A stretch of 64,000 nucleotides of DNA, taken from positions 416,001-480,000 of the forward strand of contig OZ241863.1 in the NCBI GenBank assembly GCA_965203055.1. Direction: 5' to 3'. Under the pieces are notes generated by a model, which was given only the letters and a program-made list of their open reading frames with translations, made no database searches and was not told where the DNA came from. The stretch comes from Spirochaetia bacterium. GTDB lineage: Bacteria; Spirochaetota; Spirochaetia; SZUA-6; Bin103. This document shows, piece after piece, positions 1 to 12,516 of the stretch. Position numbers and translations under genes: made by a program. Position 1 is the first letter of the stretch; each line of letters opens with the position of its first letter.

Positions 1-16
1 ATCCGTTTCGCGCCGG

Positions 17-1528
17 CTAGAGGCGATAGAGCTCGCCGAACTTGCCTTCCAGGTAGTCCAGGAAGTAGCGCGCGTCGAGCGGCTCGCCGGTTACGCGGCG
101 GCAGATCTCGGCGGCGGAATAGACCCGGCCATGGCGATGGATCCGTTCTCGCAGCCAACTCAGGATCGGTGCGAACTCGCCGCCGCGCACCTGCTCCTCC
201 CAGTCGGGAATCTCCCGCGCCATGGCGGCGTGGAACTGGGCGGCGTACAGATTGCCGAGGGTGTAGGTGGGGAAGTAGCCGATCAGGAACATCGACCAAT
301 GGATGTCCTGCAGCACGCCGTCGGCGTCCCGTTGCGGCGCGATTCCCAGCAGGGCGCGCGACTCCTCGCGCCAGGCGGCCGGCAGATCGGCCACCTCCAG
401 GTCGCCGTCGACCAGCCGCCGCTCCAGCGCGAAGCGCAGCAGTACGTGGAGGTTGTAGGTCACCTCGTCCGCCTCCACCCGGATCAGGGAGGGCCGGACC
501 GCGTTGACGGCGCGGTAGAAGCGCTCCCGGTCCACGCCGGCCAGCGCCGGAAAGCGTGGTTGCAGTTGCGGGTAGAAGTGCTCCCAGAAGGCGCGCCGGC
601 GGGCGATCAGGTTCTCCCAGAAGCGCGATTGCGATTCGCAAATGCCGAGCGAGGCGCCGTCGCCCAGCTCGGTCGTGGCCAGCTCCGGCGCCACCCCGAG
701 ACCGTGCAGGCCGTGGCCGCATTCGTGGATGGTGCCGAAGATGCCGGCGCTCAGAAGATTGGGGTAGAAGCGGGTGGTGAGGCGTCCGTCGCGCGCGCCG
801 AGGGTGGTGGAGAAGGGGTGCGCGGACACGTCCAGGCGCCCGGTCTGCGTGGTGAAGCCCAGGGCCTCCAGCAGATGATCGCTGAAGGCGCGCTGCGCGG
901 CAACGTCGTACTCGCGGCGCAGCATGCTGTCGTCGAGCTCCACCGGCGAGGCCGTGATGCGCTGCAACAGGTCCACCAGCGGCGGGCGCAGGTCGGCCAG
1001 CACGCCGCCCAGCTCCGCGGTCGTCATCCATGGCTCGAACGTATCCAGCAACGGATCGTAGCGGGTCTCCCGGTAGCCGAGACAGTCCGCCTTTTCGCGG
1101 GTGAGCCGCACCGTGCGTTCCAGGTCGGCGCGGAACAGCGCGAAGTCGGATTCGCGCCGCGCCTGCACCCAACTGGCGTGATTGACGCTGCTCTGCCGGG
1201 CAATCGCCGTGACCAGCTCCACCGGCAGCCTGGTCTCGCGGTCGTAGGAGCGGCGCAGCTCGCGCGCCAACGCCCGGTCGCGCGGCTCCAGGTCGGGGCG
1301 CGCTTCGGCGGCGGCGATCAGATCGCCCATTTCCGGCGTCGTGCGGCGCTGGTGGACCTCTCCCTCCAGCAACGCGAGCTGTTCGGCGCGCTCCTCCACG
1401 GCGCCCGGCGGCAGACAGGTCTCCTGATCCCACTGCAACAGGGCGGTGACGTGCTCCAGGAGGTGGATTTCGCGGTCGAGCCGCTTCAGACGGGCAAGAG
1501 GGTCAGGCCGGGGCCGGCGGTCATCCAT
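17..1528 (-). CDS. Carboxypeptidase, M32 (Taq-like) family
   Basis: HECGH zinc motif plus ESQSRFWEN, IRVEADEVTYNLH, QDIHWS and GYFPTY motifs. Start set at ATG 1528, 7 nt after a TATGAT hexamer. Confidence 0.92.
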   Translation of the reverse strand: MDDRRPRPDPLARLKRLDREIHLLEHVTALLQWDQETCLPPGAVEERAEQLALLEGEVHQRRTTPEMGDLIAAAEARPDLEPRDRALARELRRSYDRETRLPVELVTAIARQSSVNHASWVQARRESDFALFRADLERTVRLTREKADCLGYRETRYDPLLDTFEPWMTTAELGGVLADLRPPLVDLLQRITASPVELDDSMLRREYDVAAQRAFSDHLLEALGFTTQTGRLDVSAHPFSTTLGARDGRLTTRFYPNLLSAGIFGTIHECGHGLHGLGVAPELATTELGDGASLGICESQSRFWENLIARRRAFWEHFYPQLQPRFPALAGVDRERFYRAVNAVRPSLIRVEADEVTYNLHVLLRFALERRLVDGDLEVADLPAAWREESRALLGIAPQRDADGVLQDIHWSMFLIGYFPTYTLGNLYAAQFHAAMAREIPDWEEQVRGGEFAPILSWLRERIHRHGRVYSAAEICRRVTGEPLDARYFLDYLEGKFGELYRL

Positions 1529-1566
1529 GGCCCCCATCATAGCGAATTCTGTTATGGTCTTTGGCC

Positions 1567-2724
1567 ATGGTGGAGCCGACTGCCTATCCACCGCTGGCCG
1601 AGGTGCGCGGACAGTTGCGTGTCGCGTGGTATCGGTCGCCGGTCGCGCCGGCTACGCTGCGGCGGCTCATGCGGCGCAGCGACCTGCAGGGCTGGCTGCA
1701 GGCCGGCGGCCACTTGGCGCTGGCGGTGGCCACCGCGGCGCTGGCGTGGTGGTTCTGGTCGCGCCAACTGTGGTTCGGGTTCGCGGCGGCGCTGTTCGCG
1801 CACGGGACGGTCGCCAGCTTCTTTACCGGCACGGCGCCGCACGAGCTGGCGCACGGCACCGTGTTCCGCACCCGGTGGCTCAACCGCGTCTTCCTGTACC
1901 TGTACAGCTTGCTGAGCTGGTGGGACCCGTTCGATTACGGCGCCAGCCATACCTATCACCACCGCTATACCCTGCACCCCGCGGGCGACCGCGAGAATCT
2001 GCTGCCGCTGCGGCCCACGGTCGGCCCCACCTTCCTCCTGCAGATGTTCACGGTCAACCTGCTGACCCGGCCGGGGCGCACCTTCGGCAAGGGCGGGCTG
2101 ATCTCCACGGCGGCCATCACGATCCTGGCGGCGCTCGGCCTGGTGGGCTCGACCAGGACGCCGATCCGGCAGTGGATTGCGGCCCTGCACGCCGACCAGC
2201 CGGCCGAGGCGCGCAAGTCGACGTGGTGGGCGCGGACGCAACTGGTGTTTCACGGCGGCGTGCTGGCCGCCGGACTGGTCTCGGGGCTGTGGGTGCTGCC
2301 GCTGATCGTCTCCGCGGCGCCGTTCATCGGCAACTGGCTTTCCTACTTCGTCGGCCTCCCGCAGCACTGCGGCCTGCGGGATAACGTCGCCGATTTCCGC
2401 AAGTGCACCCGTTCGATGAAGCTGGACCCGGTCACCACCTTTCTGTATTGGCGCATGAACTGGCATACCGAACATCACATGTACGCCGGGGTGCCGTGCT
2501 ACCACCTCAAGGAGCTGGCGCGGGAGATCAGCGCCGACCTCCCCGCGCCGCGCACGCTGGCCGGCGCCTGGCGCGAGATGCTCCGCATCTGGAACCGCCA
2601 GCTCCTCGAACCCGGCTACCAGTACGACACGCCGCTGCCGCCGGCCGCCGGCCGAGTGGCGCGCGGCGGGCACGGCAGGCTGGAAAGCTCGATCGGCGAG
2701 TTGGCCCCGGCCGGACTGCGCTAG
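1567..2724 (+). CDS. Fatty acid desaturase family membrane protein
   Basis: Three histidine boxes (HELAH, HTYHH, HTEHH) and hydrophobic segments. Confidence 0.85.
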   Translation: MVEPTAYPPLAEVRGQLRVAWYRSPVAPATLRRLMRRSDLQGWLQAGGHLALAVATAALAWWFWSRQLWFGFAAALFAHGTVASFFTGTAPHELAHGTVFRTRWLNRVFLYLYSLLSWWDPFDYGASHTYHHRYTLHPAGDRENLLPLRPTVGPTFLLQMFTVNLLTRPGRTFGKGGLISTAAITILAALGLVGSTRTPIRQWIAALHADQPAEARKSTWWARTQLVFHGGVLAAGLVSGLWVLPLIVSAAPFIGNWLSYFVGLPQHCGLRDNVADFRKCTRSMKLDPVTTFLYWRMNWHTEHHMYAGVPCYHLKELAREISADLPAPRTLAGAWREMLRIWNRQLLEPGYQYDTPLPPAAGRVARGGHGRLESSIGELAPAGLR

Positions 2725-2769
2725 GCCAGGGCGGCTTCGTCCGAAGACCTAGCCTAGCCGTAGCTTAGC

Positions 2770-3969
2770 TTAGCGCCGGTGCCCGGCGAGGGTGGCGGCG
2801 AGCTGGCGCAGGCTGGCGGCGCTGTGGGCGGCGGCGAACACGTCGACGAACGGGAGCGCGGCCTGCATGCCGCGGGTCTGCGGCTGATAGCCGGGGTTGC
2901 CGAGCAGCGGGTTGAGCCAGATCACCAGCGCCGCGCGGCGCTGGATCTCCGCCATGCCGGCGCCGAGCAGCTCGACGTCGCCGGTGTCCCAGCCGTCGCT
3001 GAGGATCGCCACCACCGTGCGCCGGTCCAGGACGGTGCGCCCATACTGCTCCAGATACTGCTGCAGCGAGACGCCGATGCGGGTGCCGCCGGCCCACTCC
3101 GGCACCTCGGCGGCGAGCCGGTCGAGGGCCAGCGTCAGGTTGCGCCCGCGCAGCTGCTCGGTGACGCGGTGCAGGTTGGTACTGAACACGAAGGTCTCGA
3201 GGCGCCGGTAGGCGCGCTGAAAGGCGAACATGAACTGGATCAGGAAGCGGCTGTAGAGGTCCATCGACTTGCTGACGTCGCAGATCAGGGCCAGCTTGAG
3301 GCGGCGCCGGCGGCGCCTCAGCAGGGCCAGCTCCAGCAGCTCCCCGGAGCGCAGCCCGGCGCGCAGCGTGCGCCGCAGATCGAGGCGCGAGCCGCCGGCG
3401 GCCGGCGCGTAGCGGCGCGACAGGGAGCGCGCGAGCTGCCGTCCGATCAGCATCAGCAGTTCCGAGATCCGTTCCAGCTCGCCGGTACTGAGCTGCGCGA
3501 AGTCGGTATGCGCCGCTACCTGCTGCGGGCTGTACGCCGGCGCGGAGATTTCGCGGTCGGAGTCGGACGCGAGGTGGGCCGCGAACTGCGGGCTTTGGCG
3601 GGCGCGCTGCGGCAGCCGGGCGGGCGGCAACACCCGCTCGGCGGGACCCGGCTCGCCGCCGGCGAGCGCGGCCTGATCTTCCCAGTAGCTGGCGTAGCAG
3701 GCGTCGAACAGCTCCTGCTCGGCGCGCGTCTTGGCGGTGGCGGCGCGCAGCGCGAGGCGGAATCGCTGCGCGTCATGCAACGCCAGCGCCGCGGCGCGCA
3801 ACGCGTCGGCCTGCTCGCCGGGGCCGAGGCCGACCCCCGCGCCGCGCAGCAGCCGGCAAAAGCGAACGATGCGCGCCGACAGGGTGGGGCGGGCGCGCGC
3901 CGCACTGCCCGGAGCGGTGCTGCCCGGAGCGGCGCCGCCCGGAGCGATGCTGCCGGGAGCGGCGTTCAC
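2770..3969 (-). CDS. VWA domain protein, CoxE-like
   Basis: MIDAS DVSKSM, WAGGTRIG, ILSDGWD, WLNPL. GTG start overlaps the upstream MoxR stop (GTGA). Confidence 0.88.
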   Translation of the reverse strand: MNAAPGSIAPGGAAPGSTAPGSAARARPTLSARIVRFCRLLRGAGVGLGPGEQADALRAAALALHDAQRFRLALRAATAKTRAEQELFDACYASYWEDQAALAGGEPGPAERVLPPARLPQRARQSPQFAAHLASDSDREISAPAYSPQQVAAHTDFAQLSTGELERISELLMLIGRQLARSLSRRYAPAAGGSRLDLRRTLRAGLRSGELLELALLRRRRRRLKLALICDVSKSMDLYSRFLIQFMFAFQRAYRRLETFVFSTNLHRVTEQLRGRNLTLALDRLAAEVPEWAGGTRIGVSLQQYLEQYGRTVLDRRTVVAILSDGWDTGDVELLGAGMAEIQRRAALVIWLNPLLGNPGYQPQTRGMQAALPFVDVFAAAHSAASLRQLAATLAGHRR

Positions 3970-4847
3970 CCCGCCGCCGCGGCCAGCATCTGCCGGGTCC
4001 GCCGGCGCACGTGATCCACGTCGTCGCGGCTCTTGAACACGACGCCGAGGGTGGCGGCCACCACCTCCTCGTCCAGGCAGCCGCGATGCAGGGCCACCAG
4101 CGTTGCGGCCCAGTCCAGGGTCTCCGCCACCCCCGGCGCCTTCTGCAGCGGCTCGCTGCGCGCCGCCGCCACGAAGCGGCAGATCTGCTCGGCGAGCGCG
4201 GCGTCGATGCCGGGCACCCGCCGCCGCACGATGGCCAACTCCTTGGCGTAATCCGGATAGTCGATCCACAGGTAGAGGCAGCGGCGCCGCACCGCGTCGG
4301 ACAGCTCGCGGGTACGATTGCTGGTCACCACCACGTAGGGCACGTGGCTGGCGCTCACGGTGCCGAGCTCGGGAATCGAAATCTGCCAGTCAGACAGGAT
4401 TTCGAGCAGAAAGGCCTCGAACTCCTCGTCCGCCCGGTCCAGTTCGTCCACCAGCAGCACCGGACTGCGCGTGCGGGTTATCGCCTGCAGCAACGGCCGC
4501 TTCAGCAGGTAGCGCTCGTCGAACAGCTCCCGCTCCCGTTCCTCCAGCGGCGCGCCTTCCCGCTCGCTCAGGCGGATGTGCAGCAACTGGCGCTTGTAGT
4601 CCCATTCGTAGAGGGCGGTGCCGGCGTCCAGCCCTTCGTAGCACTGCAGCCGGATCAGATCGGTGGCCAACGCGCGGGCCAGCACCTTCGCGATCTCGGT
4701 CTTGCCCACGCCGGCGGGTCCCTCCACCAGCAGCGGCTTGCGCAGTTGCTCGGCGATGAGCAGGGAGGTGACGATGGTCTCGTCGCCGACGTAGTTCTGT
4801 TCCTCCAGCAGCGCCGCGATGCGGGCGGCTTCCTTTGCGGTGTCCAT
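3966..4847 (-). CDS. MoxR/CoxD-family AAA+ ATPase
   Basis: EGPAGVGKT Walker A, RLQCYEG, LLVDELDRAD Walker B, RRRC. Paired with a VWA gene. Confidence 0.92.
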   Translation of the reverse strand: MDTAKEAARIAALLEEQNYVGDETIVTSLLIAEQLRKPLLVEGPAGVGKTEIAKVLARALATDLIRLQCYEGLDAGTALYEWDYKRQLLHIRLSEREGAPLEERERELFDERYLLKRPLLQAITRTRSPVLLVDELDRADEEFEAFLLEILSDWQISIPELGTVSASHVPYVVVTSNRTRELSDAVRRRCLYLWIDYPDYAKELAIVRRRVPGIDAALAEQICRFVAAARSEPLQKAPGVAETLDWAATLVALHRGCLDEEVVAATLGVVFKSRDDVDHVRRRTRQMLAAAAG

Positions 4848-4910
4848 GCGATGCGGGGGAGCATACCATGAGATGACGGCCGCGCCGCACTCTGCGGCGA
4901 TGGCGGCCGG

Positions 4911-5771
4911 TCAGCCCGCGGCGCCCGCCGCGCGGCGCGCGGACCAGCCGCGCGGCAGCGTCCACCCCGCGCCCACGGCGATGAACGGAGGGTTGCGCAG
5001 GTCGTGCTTGTTGTAGCGCAGCGGGCGCCCGGTGCGGGCCTGGAGCATGCGTCCCCCCACGGCGCGCAGCAGGGCGTCGCCGGCCGCCGTGTCCCACTCC
5101 ATGGTGGGGCCGAACCGGGGGTAGTAATCGGCCTCGCCGGCGGCGATCAGGCCCAGTTTGATGGCGCTGCTCAGGCGCCGCAGCTCGACCCCGCCGTAGG
5201 CCGCCTGCAGCAGGGAGATGACCCGTTGCGAGGAGGCCGACAACCGGCTCCGGCTCGCCACCACCACCGGCGCCGAGCGCGCCGGCGCGCTCGGCGCCGG
5301 CAACCGTTCGCCGGCCCCCGGTTCCAGCGCCGCGGCCGCCGCGCGCCGCAGGCGGCCCGCCCCCCAACCGACCGCGCCGTAGAACAGTTCGTCCGCCACC
5401 GGCGCGTAGATCACCCCGAGCCGCGGCTCCCCCGCCACGCACAGCGCGACGTTGACCGAAAATTCGTCTCCGCCGCGGATATAGTCGTTGGTGCCGTCCA
5501 GGGGATCCACCAGCCAGACCCGCTCCCAGCGCTGCCGGCGGGCGCCGGACTCGTTGCCGCCTTCCTCGCCGACGATCGGGATGGCGGCGCACCGTTCGGC
5601 CAGCACTCCCTCGATGGTTGCCTGCGCCTGCCGGTCCGCTTCGGTGACCGGCGTGGCGTCGGCCTTGCGCTGCACCGTCAAGGCGCTGCGCTGCAACCGC
5701 CGCGCCACGGCGCCGCCGGCGACTGCCGCCTGCATGGCCGCGGCCAGCAGCGGCAGGAGCTGGCGGCTCAC
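4911..5771 (-). CDS. cysQ: 3'(2'),5'-bisphosphate nucleotidase CysQ
   Basis: KADATPVTEAD, WLVDPLDGT, YPRFGPTMEWDTAAG, LRYNK. Confidence 0.9.
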   Translation of the reverse strand: MSRQLLPLLAAAMQAAVAGGAVARRLQRSALTVQRKADATPVTEADRQAQATIEGVLAERCAAIPIVGEEGGNESGARRQRWERVWLVDPLDGTNDYIRGGDEFSVNVALCVAGEPRLGVIYAPVADELFYGAVGWGAGRLRRAAAAALEPGAGERLPAPSAPARSAPVVVASRSRLSASSQRVISLLQAAYGGVELRRLSSAIKLGLIAAGEADYYPRFGPTMEWDTAAGDALLRAVGGRMLQARTGRPLRYNKHDLRNPPFIAVGAGWTLPRGWSARRAAGAAG

Positions 5772-5880
5772 GGCAGGCGCCTCCTGCGCGCCGGCGTCAC
5801 GTTGGTGTCCGCAAAGCGATCCAATTTCCGGCGATGATCAGGCGCGCCTGCGGCGCTGTCAAGGCGCCCTTCGGAGCAGC

Positions 5881-5942
5881 GCAATTACCGGGGCAATTAC
5901 CGGGGCAATTGCAGAGCAATTTCACGGCAATTCGGAGCAATG
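5881..5942 (+). repeat. Six GCAAT(T) direct repeats in the divergent cysQ-glmS intergenic region
   Basis: GCAAT starts at 5881, 5893, 5905, 5916, 5927 and 5937 (spacings 12, 12, 11, 11, 10). Confidence 0.85.
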
Positions 5943-6012
5943 CGGGCGGCGGGGCGGTAGACAGGCGCGGGCCATGCGCGTAAGTTTCCGGCGGGGGAGG
6001 GGAACGGTAACC

Positions 6013-7867
<1,855 letters not shown>

Positions 7868-7881
<14 letters not shown>

Positions 7882-9235
7882 GCCGGCGCGGATCCGCCGG
7901 CGCCGATCCCACTACCGTCCCGCGCGGGCGCCCGCGCGCGAGACCGATGTTGCACAACAGGCCGATGCCTATCAGGGCGGTCCACAGTGAGGATCCGCCG
8001 TAGGAGACCAGCATCAAGGGGATGCCGGTAATCGGCAGCACCCCCATCGCCATGCCGACGTTGACCACCGTGTGGAACAGCAGCATGGCCACCACTCCCG
8101 CCGCCGCCAGGGTAGCGAATTCGTTGCCGGCGGCGTACATGATCATGATGCCGCGCACCTGCACCGCCCCGAACAGCGCCAGCACCACGATGCCGCCAAG
8201 GAAGCCCGTCTCCTCGGCGAGAATGGAGAAGATGAAGTCGGTGCTCTGCTGCGGCAGATAGCGGAGGTGGCTCTGCGTGCCTTGCAGAAAGCCGGTGCCG
8301 GTGAGGCCGCCCGCGCCCACCGCGGTGACCGACTGGATGATGTTCCAACCGGCGCCGCGCGGATCCACCCACGGGTTCACGAAGATCACCAGCCGCATGA
8401 TCTGATACTCCTTGAGTACCGTCGCCATGAGCAGCCCGCCGGCGACCGCCAGCCCCAGCAGCGCCGCGCCGTACATCAGCCAGTAGTAGTAGGCGCGCCG
8501 GAACACCCGCAGTCCCACTGCCGCCAGCGCCGCCACCAGACCCAGCGCCAGCAGCGTGTAGGGCGCCACGCCGGCATCGGTGATCAGCCGCAGGACGCCG
8601 GGTTCGGCCGCCGCCCGCAGCCGCTGCACCGCCGGAATCGCCGCGAATGCCACGGTCAGCAGTGCCGCCAGAGCCACGAACGCCAGGTGGCGAATGCGCG
8701 CCCCGGCGATCAGCGCCATGACCAGAAAGATGGGGAAGTAGATCATTCCGGTCCCCATGTCGGGCTGCAGCAGGATCAGCCCCATGGGAGCCGCTATCAC
8801 GAGCAGGGCGAGCAGAAAGCGCGGCAGCTCGGCGATGCCGTTGCCGATTTCCGACAGGTACGCCGCCAGGAACAGGATGGTCGCCAACTTGGCGAACTCG
8901 GAGGGCTGAATTCCCAGGTCGCCGATGCCCAGCCAGGAGCGCGCCCCGTTCACCTCGCGGCCGAGCAGCAGGGTGAGCACCAGGAGCGCCATTGCCGCCA
9001 GGAAGATGTAGGGCGTGCCCGGCTTGTAGCGCTGGTGATTGGTGACCGCGAACAGCGCCAGCAGCCCGTACCCGCTGCCCGCCCAAACGAGTTGCTTGAG
9101 CCACTCATTGGACACCAGGTCCCCGGCGGAATTGACCCCGCTGGAATACACGAACAGTACGCCGATGGCGACCAGCCCCAGACTGGCCGGCAGGAGAACC
9201 GGATCCAGGGCGCGCAGGCTCAAGCGCCTTCTCAC
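7868..9235 (-). CDS. rodA: Rod shape-determining SEDS protein RodA
   Basis: IQPSEFAK, QPDMGT, TDFIFS, SYGGSS. Follows mrdA. Confidence 0.95.
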
Positions 9236-11115
9236 TGCTCGCCGCTCCCGGCGTCCGCCTGCAGCGGATTGAACACCGCCTCACCGTACCACGGCTTGAG
9301 GTAGGCCACCGCCTGCGGCACGGTCTGCCCGGTGAACGCCGCGTGAAAGATCAGATTGGCCGCCTTCGGCGCCCACCACTCCCACAGGTTGACCGCCTCC
9401 ACCATCACCACCACCACGATCTGTTCAAGCGGGTCCGCCGCGTCGTACGGCCCGTAGGCGGCGAACCAGGAGTGATACTGGTCCTCGATCCCCACTTCGC
9501 CGGTGCCGGTCTTGCCGGCCACCGCCACCGCGTCGGTGGTCAACACCGGCCCCGCGGTGCCGTCCGTCACCACCAGGCGCATCGCCTCCCGCACGAAGGA
9601 GAAGGTCTCGCGGCTGATGTCGGCGCGGTGAATCGGCTCCCGTTCGGTGCGCGCAGTGAGCTCGCCGCTGGCGCCGTCGCGAATCTCCTTGACCACGTGC
9701 GGCCGGTAGATCACCCCGTCATTGACCACCATGGCTACCAGATTGGCGATCTGCAGCGGGGTCACGGTGATGAATCCCTGACCGATGGAGAGGTTGACGG
9801 TGTCGCCGCCGACCCACGGCTCGCCGAACTCGCGCCGCTTCCAGGCCGGCGTCGGCACGTTCCCGGCCACCTCGCCCGGCAGATCGATGCCGGACGCCGC
9901 ACCCAGCGCGAACCGTTCCGAATAGCGCGCGATATTGCCAATCCCCAGGGCGGAGCCGGCCAGATAGAAGTAGACGTCGCACGACTGCGCCAACGCGTCG
10001 TCCATATCGATGCGCCCGTGGCCCTCCTTTACCCAGTCGTTGAATATCCGGTCGCCGTACGCCAGGTAGCCGACGCAGCGGATCTCATGGTCGCGGCTGA
10101 AGGTACCCTCCTCCGCCAGCGCCGTGGTCATGAGAATCTTGAACACGCTCGCCGGCGGGTAGGCCGATTGGATTGCGCGGTTGATGAAGGGAAACGAACG
10201 ATCCCCGGTCAGGGCGCGGAACGCGGCGTCGCCGCCGGCGCCGATGAAGGTCTGCGGATCGAACCACGGATAGGAAACCAGCGCCAGAATCGCGCCGGTC
10301 GCCGGCTGCAGTACCACCGCCGAACCGACGCGCGGCCCGAGCGCCTCCTGCGCCGCCTGCTGCAGGTCCCAGTCGATGGTCAGCACCACGTCCCGGCCGG
10401 GCTGCGGGGCCACCGCGGTCTGGCGCAGCTCCGATACCGCCCGTTCGCGCACGTCCACGGTACGGTGGCTGATGCCGTCCACGCCGCGCAGCTCCCCCTC
10501 GTACTGCTTTTCCACGCCGCTCTTGCCCAACGTGCTGTCCGCGGTGTAACCCTGATTGAACAACACCTGCAATTCCTCGCGGGTGATGTCGCCCACGTAA
10601 CCGGTGACGTGCGCCAGGGCGCCGAGCGTTCCGTAGTCGCGTGCCGGCCCGCTATGCCAGGTGACGCCGGGAAACGAATCGATCTGTTCCGCCAGCGTGG
10701 CGATGGTGGCGAATTCCACGTGCCGCTTCAGCTCGACGGGCCGGAACAGGTGCCGCTGGCGTGTCGGAACGCGCGCCGCCAACTGCGCCGGGCTCATCTC
10801 CAGGTGCGGCGCAAGCCGTTCCAGCAGGCGCGGCAATCGATCCGCCGGCACCTCGCCGGGAATCAGGTCCACCGAGAACGCCAGGCGGTTGGTCACCAGC
10901 GGCCGGGTGTAGCTGCGGTCGAAGATCTTGCCGCGTTGCGCCGGAATCGCCACCTCGCGCCGCGCCACGTTGACGGCGAGGGTGCGGAACTCGCCGCCGC
11001 GCACCACCTGCAGCAGGTACAGATAGCCCGCAATGAGCGCGAAGACGACGCCGGTTGCCGCCGCCAGCCCGAGCGTGCGCCGCTTGAGCATGACGCTCGG
11101 TCCCTGATCGCTCAC
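9232..11115 (-). CDS. mrdA: Penicillin-binding protein 2
   Basis: PAQRGKIFDR, SVFK (SxxK), SCD (SxD), KTG motifs. GTG start overlaps the mreD stop. Confidence 0.95.
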   Translation of the reverse strand: MSDQGPSVMLKRRTLGLAAATGVVFALIAGYLYLLQVVRGGEFRTLAVNVARREVAIPAQRGKIFDRSYTRPLVTNRLAFSVDLIPGEVPADRLPRLLERLAPHLEMSPAQLAARVPTRQRHLFRPVELKRHVEFATIATLAEQIDSFPGVTWHSGPARDYGTLGALAHVTGYVGDITREELQVLFNQGYTADSTLGKSGVEKQYEGELRGVDGISHRTVDVRERAVSELRQTAVAPQPGRDVVLTIDWDLQQAAQEALGPRVGSAVVLQPATGAILALVSYPWFDPQTFIGAGGDAAFRALTGDRSFPFINRAIQSAYPPASVFKILMTTALAEEGTFSRDHEIRCVGYLAYGDRIFNDWVKEGHGRIDMDDALAQSCDVYFYLAGSALGIGNIARYSERFALGAASGIDLPGEVAGNVPTPAWKRREFGEPWVGGDTVNLSIGQGFITVTPLQIANLVAMVVNDGVIYRPHVVKEIRDGASGELTARTEREPIHRADISRETFSFVREAMRLVVTDGTAGPVLTTDAVAVAGKTGTGEVGIEDQYHSWFAAYGPYDAADPLEQIVVVVMVEAVNLWEWWAPKAANLIFHAAFTGQTVPQAVAYLKPWYGEAVFNPLQADAGSGEQ

Positions 11116-11621
11116 GGTCGCGCCTCGCGTCTGGACGGCCGCAGCAGGCGCACCCGACCGAGCAGGGCAAACAGGAACGGCGCCAGTACCGCGCTGTAGG
11201 CGGCCTCGATCCAAAACCGTCCCTCCAGCAGGTGCAGGTCGGGCTGCACGTCGAACAGCAGGCCCAGCAGGGCGCTCGTCAGCCCCTTGATGAGGGTCGC
11301 CCCCAGGATCAGCACCGGCACCGCGATTGCGTTGGTGCGTACCAGCCCGTGCAGCAGCCCGCTGGTGAAGCCCACCAGCGTGCGCACCAGGGCATGGAAC
11401 CCAAGCGGGGCGAGGCTCACCAGATCCTCCAGCAGTCCGCCGGCGAACCCGGCAAGCTGGCCGCTCATGGAACCGCGCCGCAGCGCCAGAAACACCAGCA
11501 GGATCAACTGCAGATCGGGCGTGACGCCGCCCACCGCCACGATGCCGAGCACCGTGGTCTGCAGCAGGACTACCGCCCCCATCAGCAGAATCGTGAGGAT
11601 GACAGGCCGATGATCAGCCAC
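11112..11621 (-). CDS. mreD: Rod shape-determining protein MreD
   Basis: Hydrophobic protein with PDL and GFxGGLLED motifs, between mreC and mrdA. Confidence 0.9.
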   Translation of the reverse strand: MADHRPVILTILLMGAVVLLQTTVLGIVAVGGVTPDLQLILLVFLALRRGSMSGQLAGFAGGLLEDLVSLAPLGFHALVRTLVGFTSGLLHGLVRTNAIAVPVLILGATLIKGLTSALLGLLFDVQPDLHLLEGRFWIEAAYSAVLAPFLFALLGRVRLLRPSRREARP

Positions 11622-12495
11622 CGCTCGCCTGCGGCCGGCTCGCGTCGGGGACGATCACGAACACGTATTCCAGGCGCGAGACGTCGATCAGCGGCTCCAC
11701 CAGAAGGTCCAGCGAGTTGCGGTAGGTCTCGGCCCGCACCTCGCGCACCCGCCCGATCTGCAGGCCGCGCGGGAACACGCCGCCAAGGCCGGAGGTAATG
11801 ACCAGTTCGCCCGGGTCGATGACTTCCCGCGCCGCGCTGTTCACGTGGCGCATCAGCAGCCCGAAGGTCCCGGAGCCAAGCCCCTGCACCAGGCCGTCGT
11901 AGCGCAACTGCTGCAGGCGGGCGGCCACGAACGACGCGCGGCCGCTGATCGGCTGCACCAGCGCGCTGCCCCCATCCGCCTCGGTGACGCGCCCTACCAG
12001 GCCCTCCAGCCGGTTCTGCAGCGCCACCACCGCCATTCCGGCGCGGACGCCGTGGCGGGTCCCGCGGTTGATGGTGACGGTGGTAAACAGACTGCCCGGA
12101 TCACGCGCGGTCACCTCGGCGGCAACGGTCCGGTAGGAGGCGCGGGCGCTGAACGAGAGCTGCCGCCGCAGCTCGGCGTTCTGGCGCTCCAGCTCCGCCC
12201 GGTCGCCGGCCAACCGCTCCAACTCCACCAGCCGCTGCCGCGCCGCGGTCAACTCCAGGCGCATGCGGCGCAACTCCGCCAGCGCGTTCCAGGAACCGCC
12301 GAAGAACTTGCCCACGTCGTGCAGCGCGGACTGCATGGTGCCGAAGACGCGGCGCCCCACCTGTTCCGGCTTCGCCGTCCCGTGGGTGAGGGCCACCATG
12401 ACGGTACCGAGCGCCAACAGCGCCGCCAGCACCACCGCGGTGCGGTGACGCGCGACGAACGAGTTGAGCGAAAGCTGGCTCCCGGGACCTACCAC
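11614..12495 (-). CDS. mreC: Rod shape-determining protein MreC
   Basis: TM segment, coiled coil, GLVGRV, TSGLGGVFPRGLQIG. Confidence 0.93.
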   Translation of the reverse strand: MVGPGSQLSLNSFVARHRTAVVLAALLALGTVMVALTHGTAKPEQVGRRVFGTMQSALHDVGKFFGGSWNALAELRRMRLELTAARQRLVELERLAGDRAELERQNAELRRQLSFSARASYRTVAAEVTARDPGSLFTTVTINRGTRHGVRAGMAVVALQNRLEGLVGRVTEADGGSALVQPISGRASFVAARLQQLRYDGLVQGLGSGTFGLLMRHVNSAAREVIDPGELVITSGLGGVFPRGLQIGRVREVRAETYRNSLDLLVEPLIDVSRLEYVFVIVPDASRPQASGG

Positions 12496-12516
12496 GGCGG
12501 CTGACTGCGGGCGGCG

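Noticed and set aside
2749..2774. TAGC micro-repeats between convergent genes
   Set aside because: Too short; consistent with stop-codon slippage duplication.
3900..3962. 15-bp tandem repeats (PGSIA/PGGAA/PGSTA/PGSAA) at the VWA gene start
   Set aside because: Low-complexity N-terminal linker with no sign of function.
5780..6012. glmS ribozyme upstream of glmS
   Set aside because: I could not find the conserved ribozyme core; the region is occupied by GCAAT repeats.
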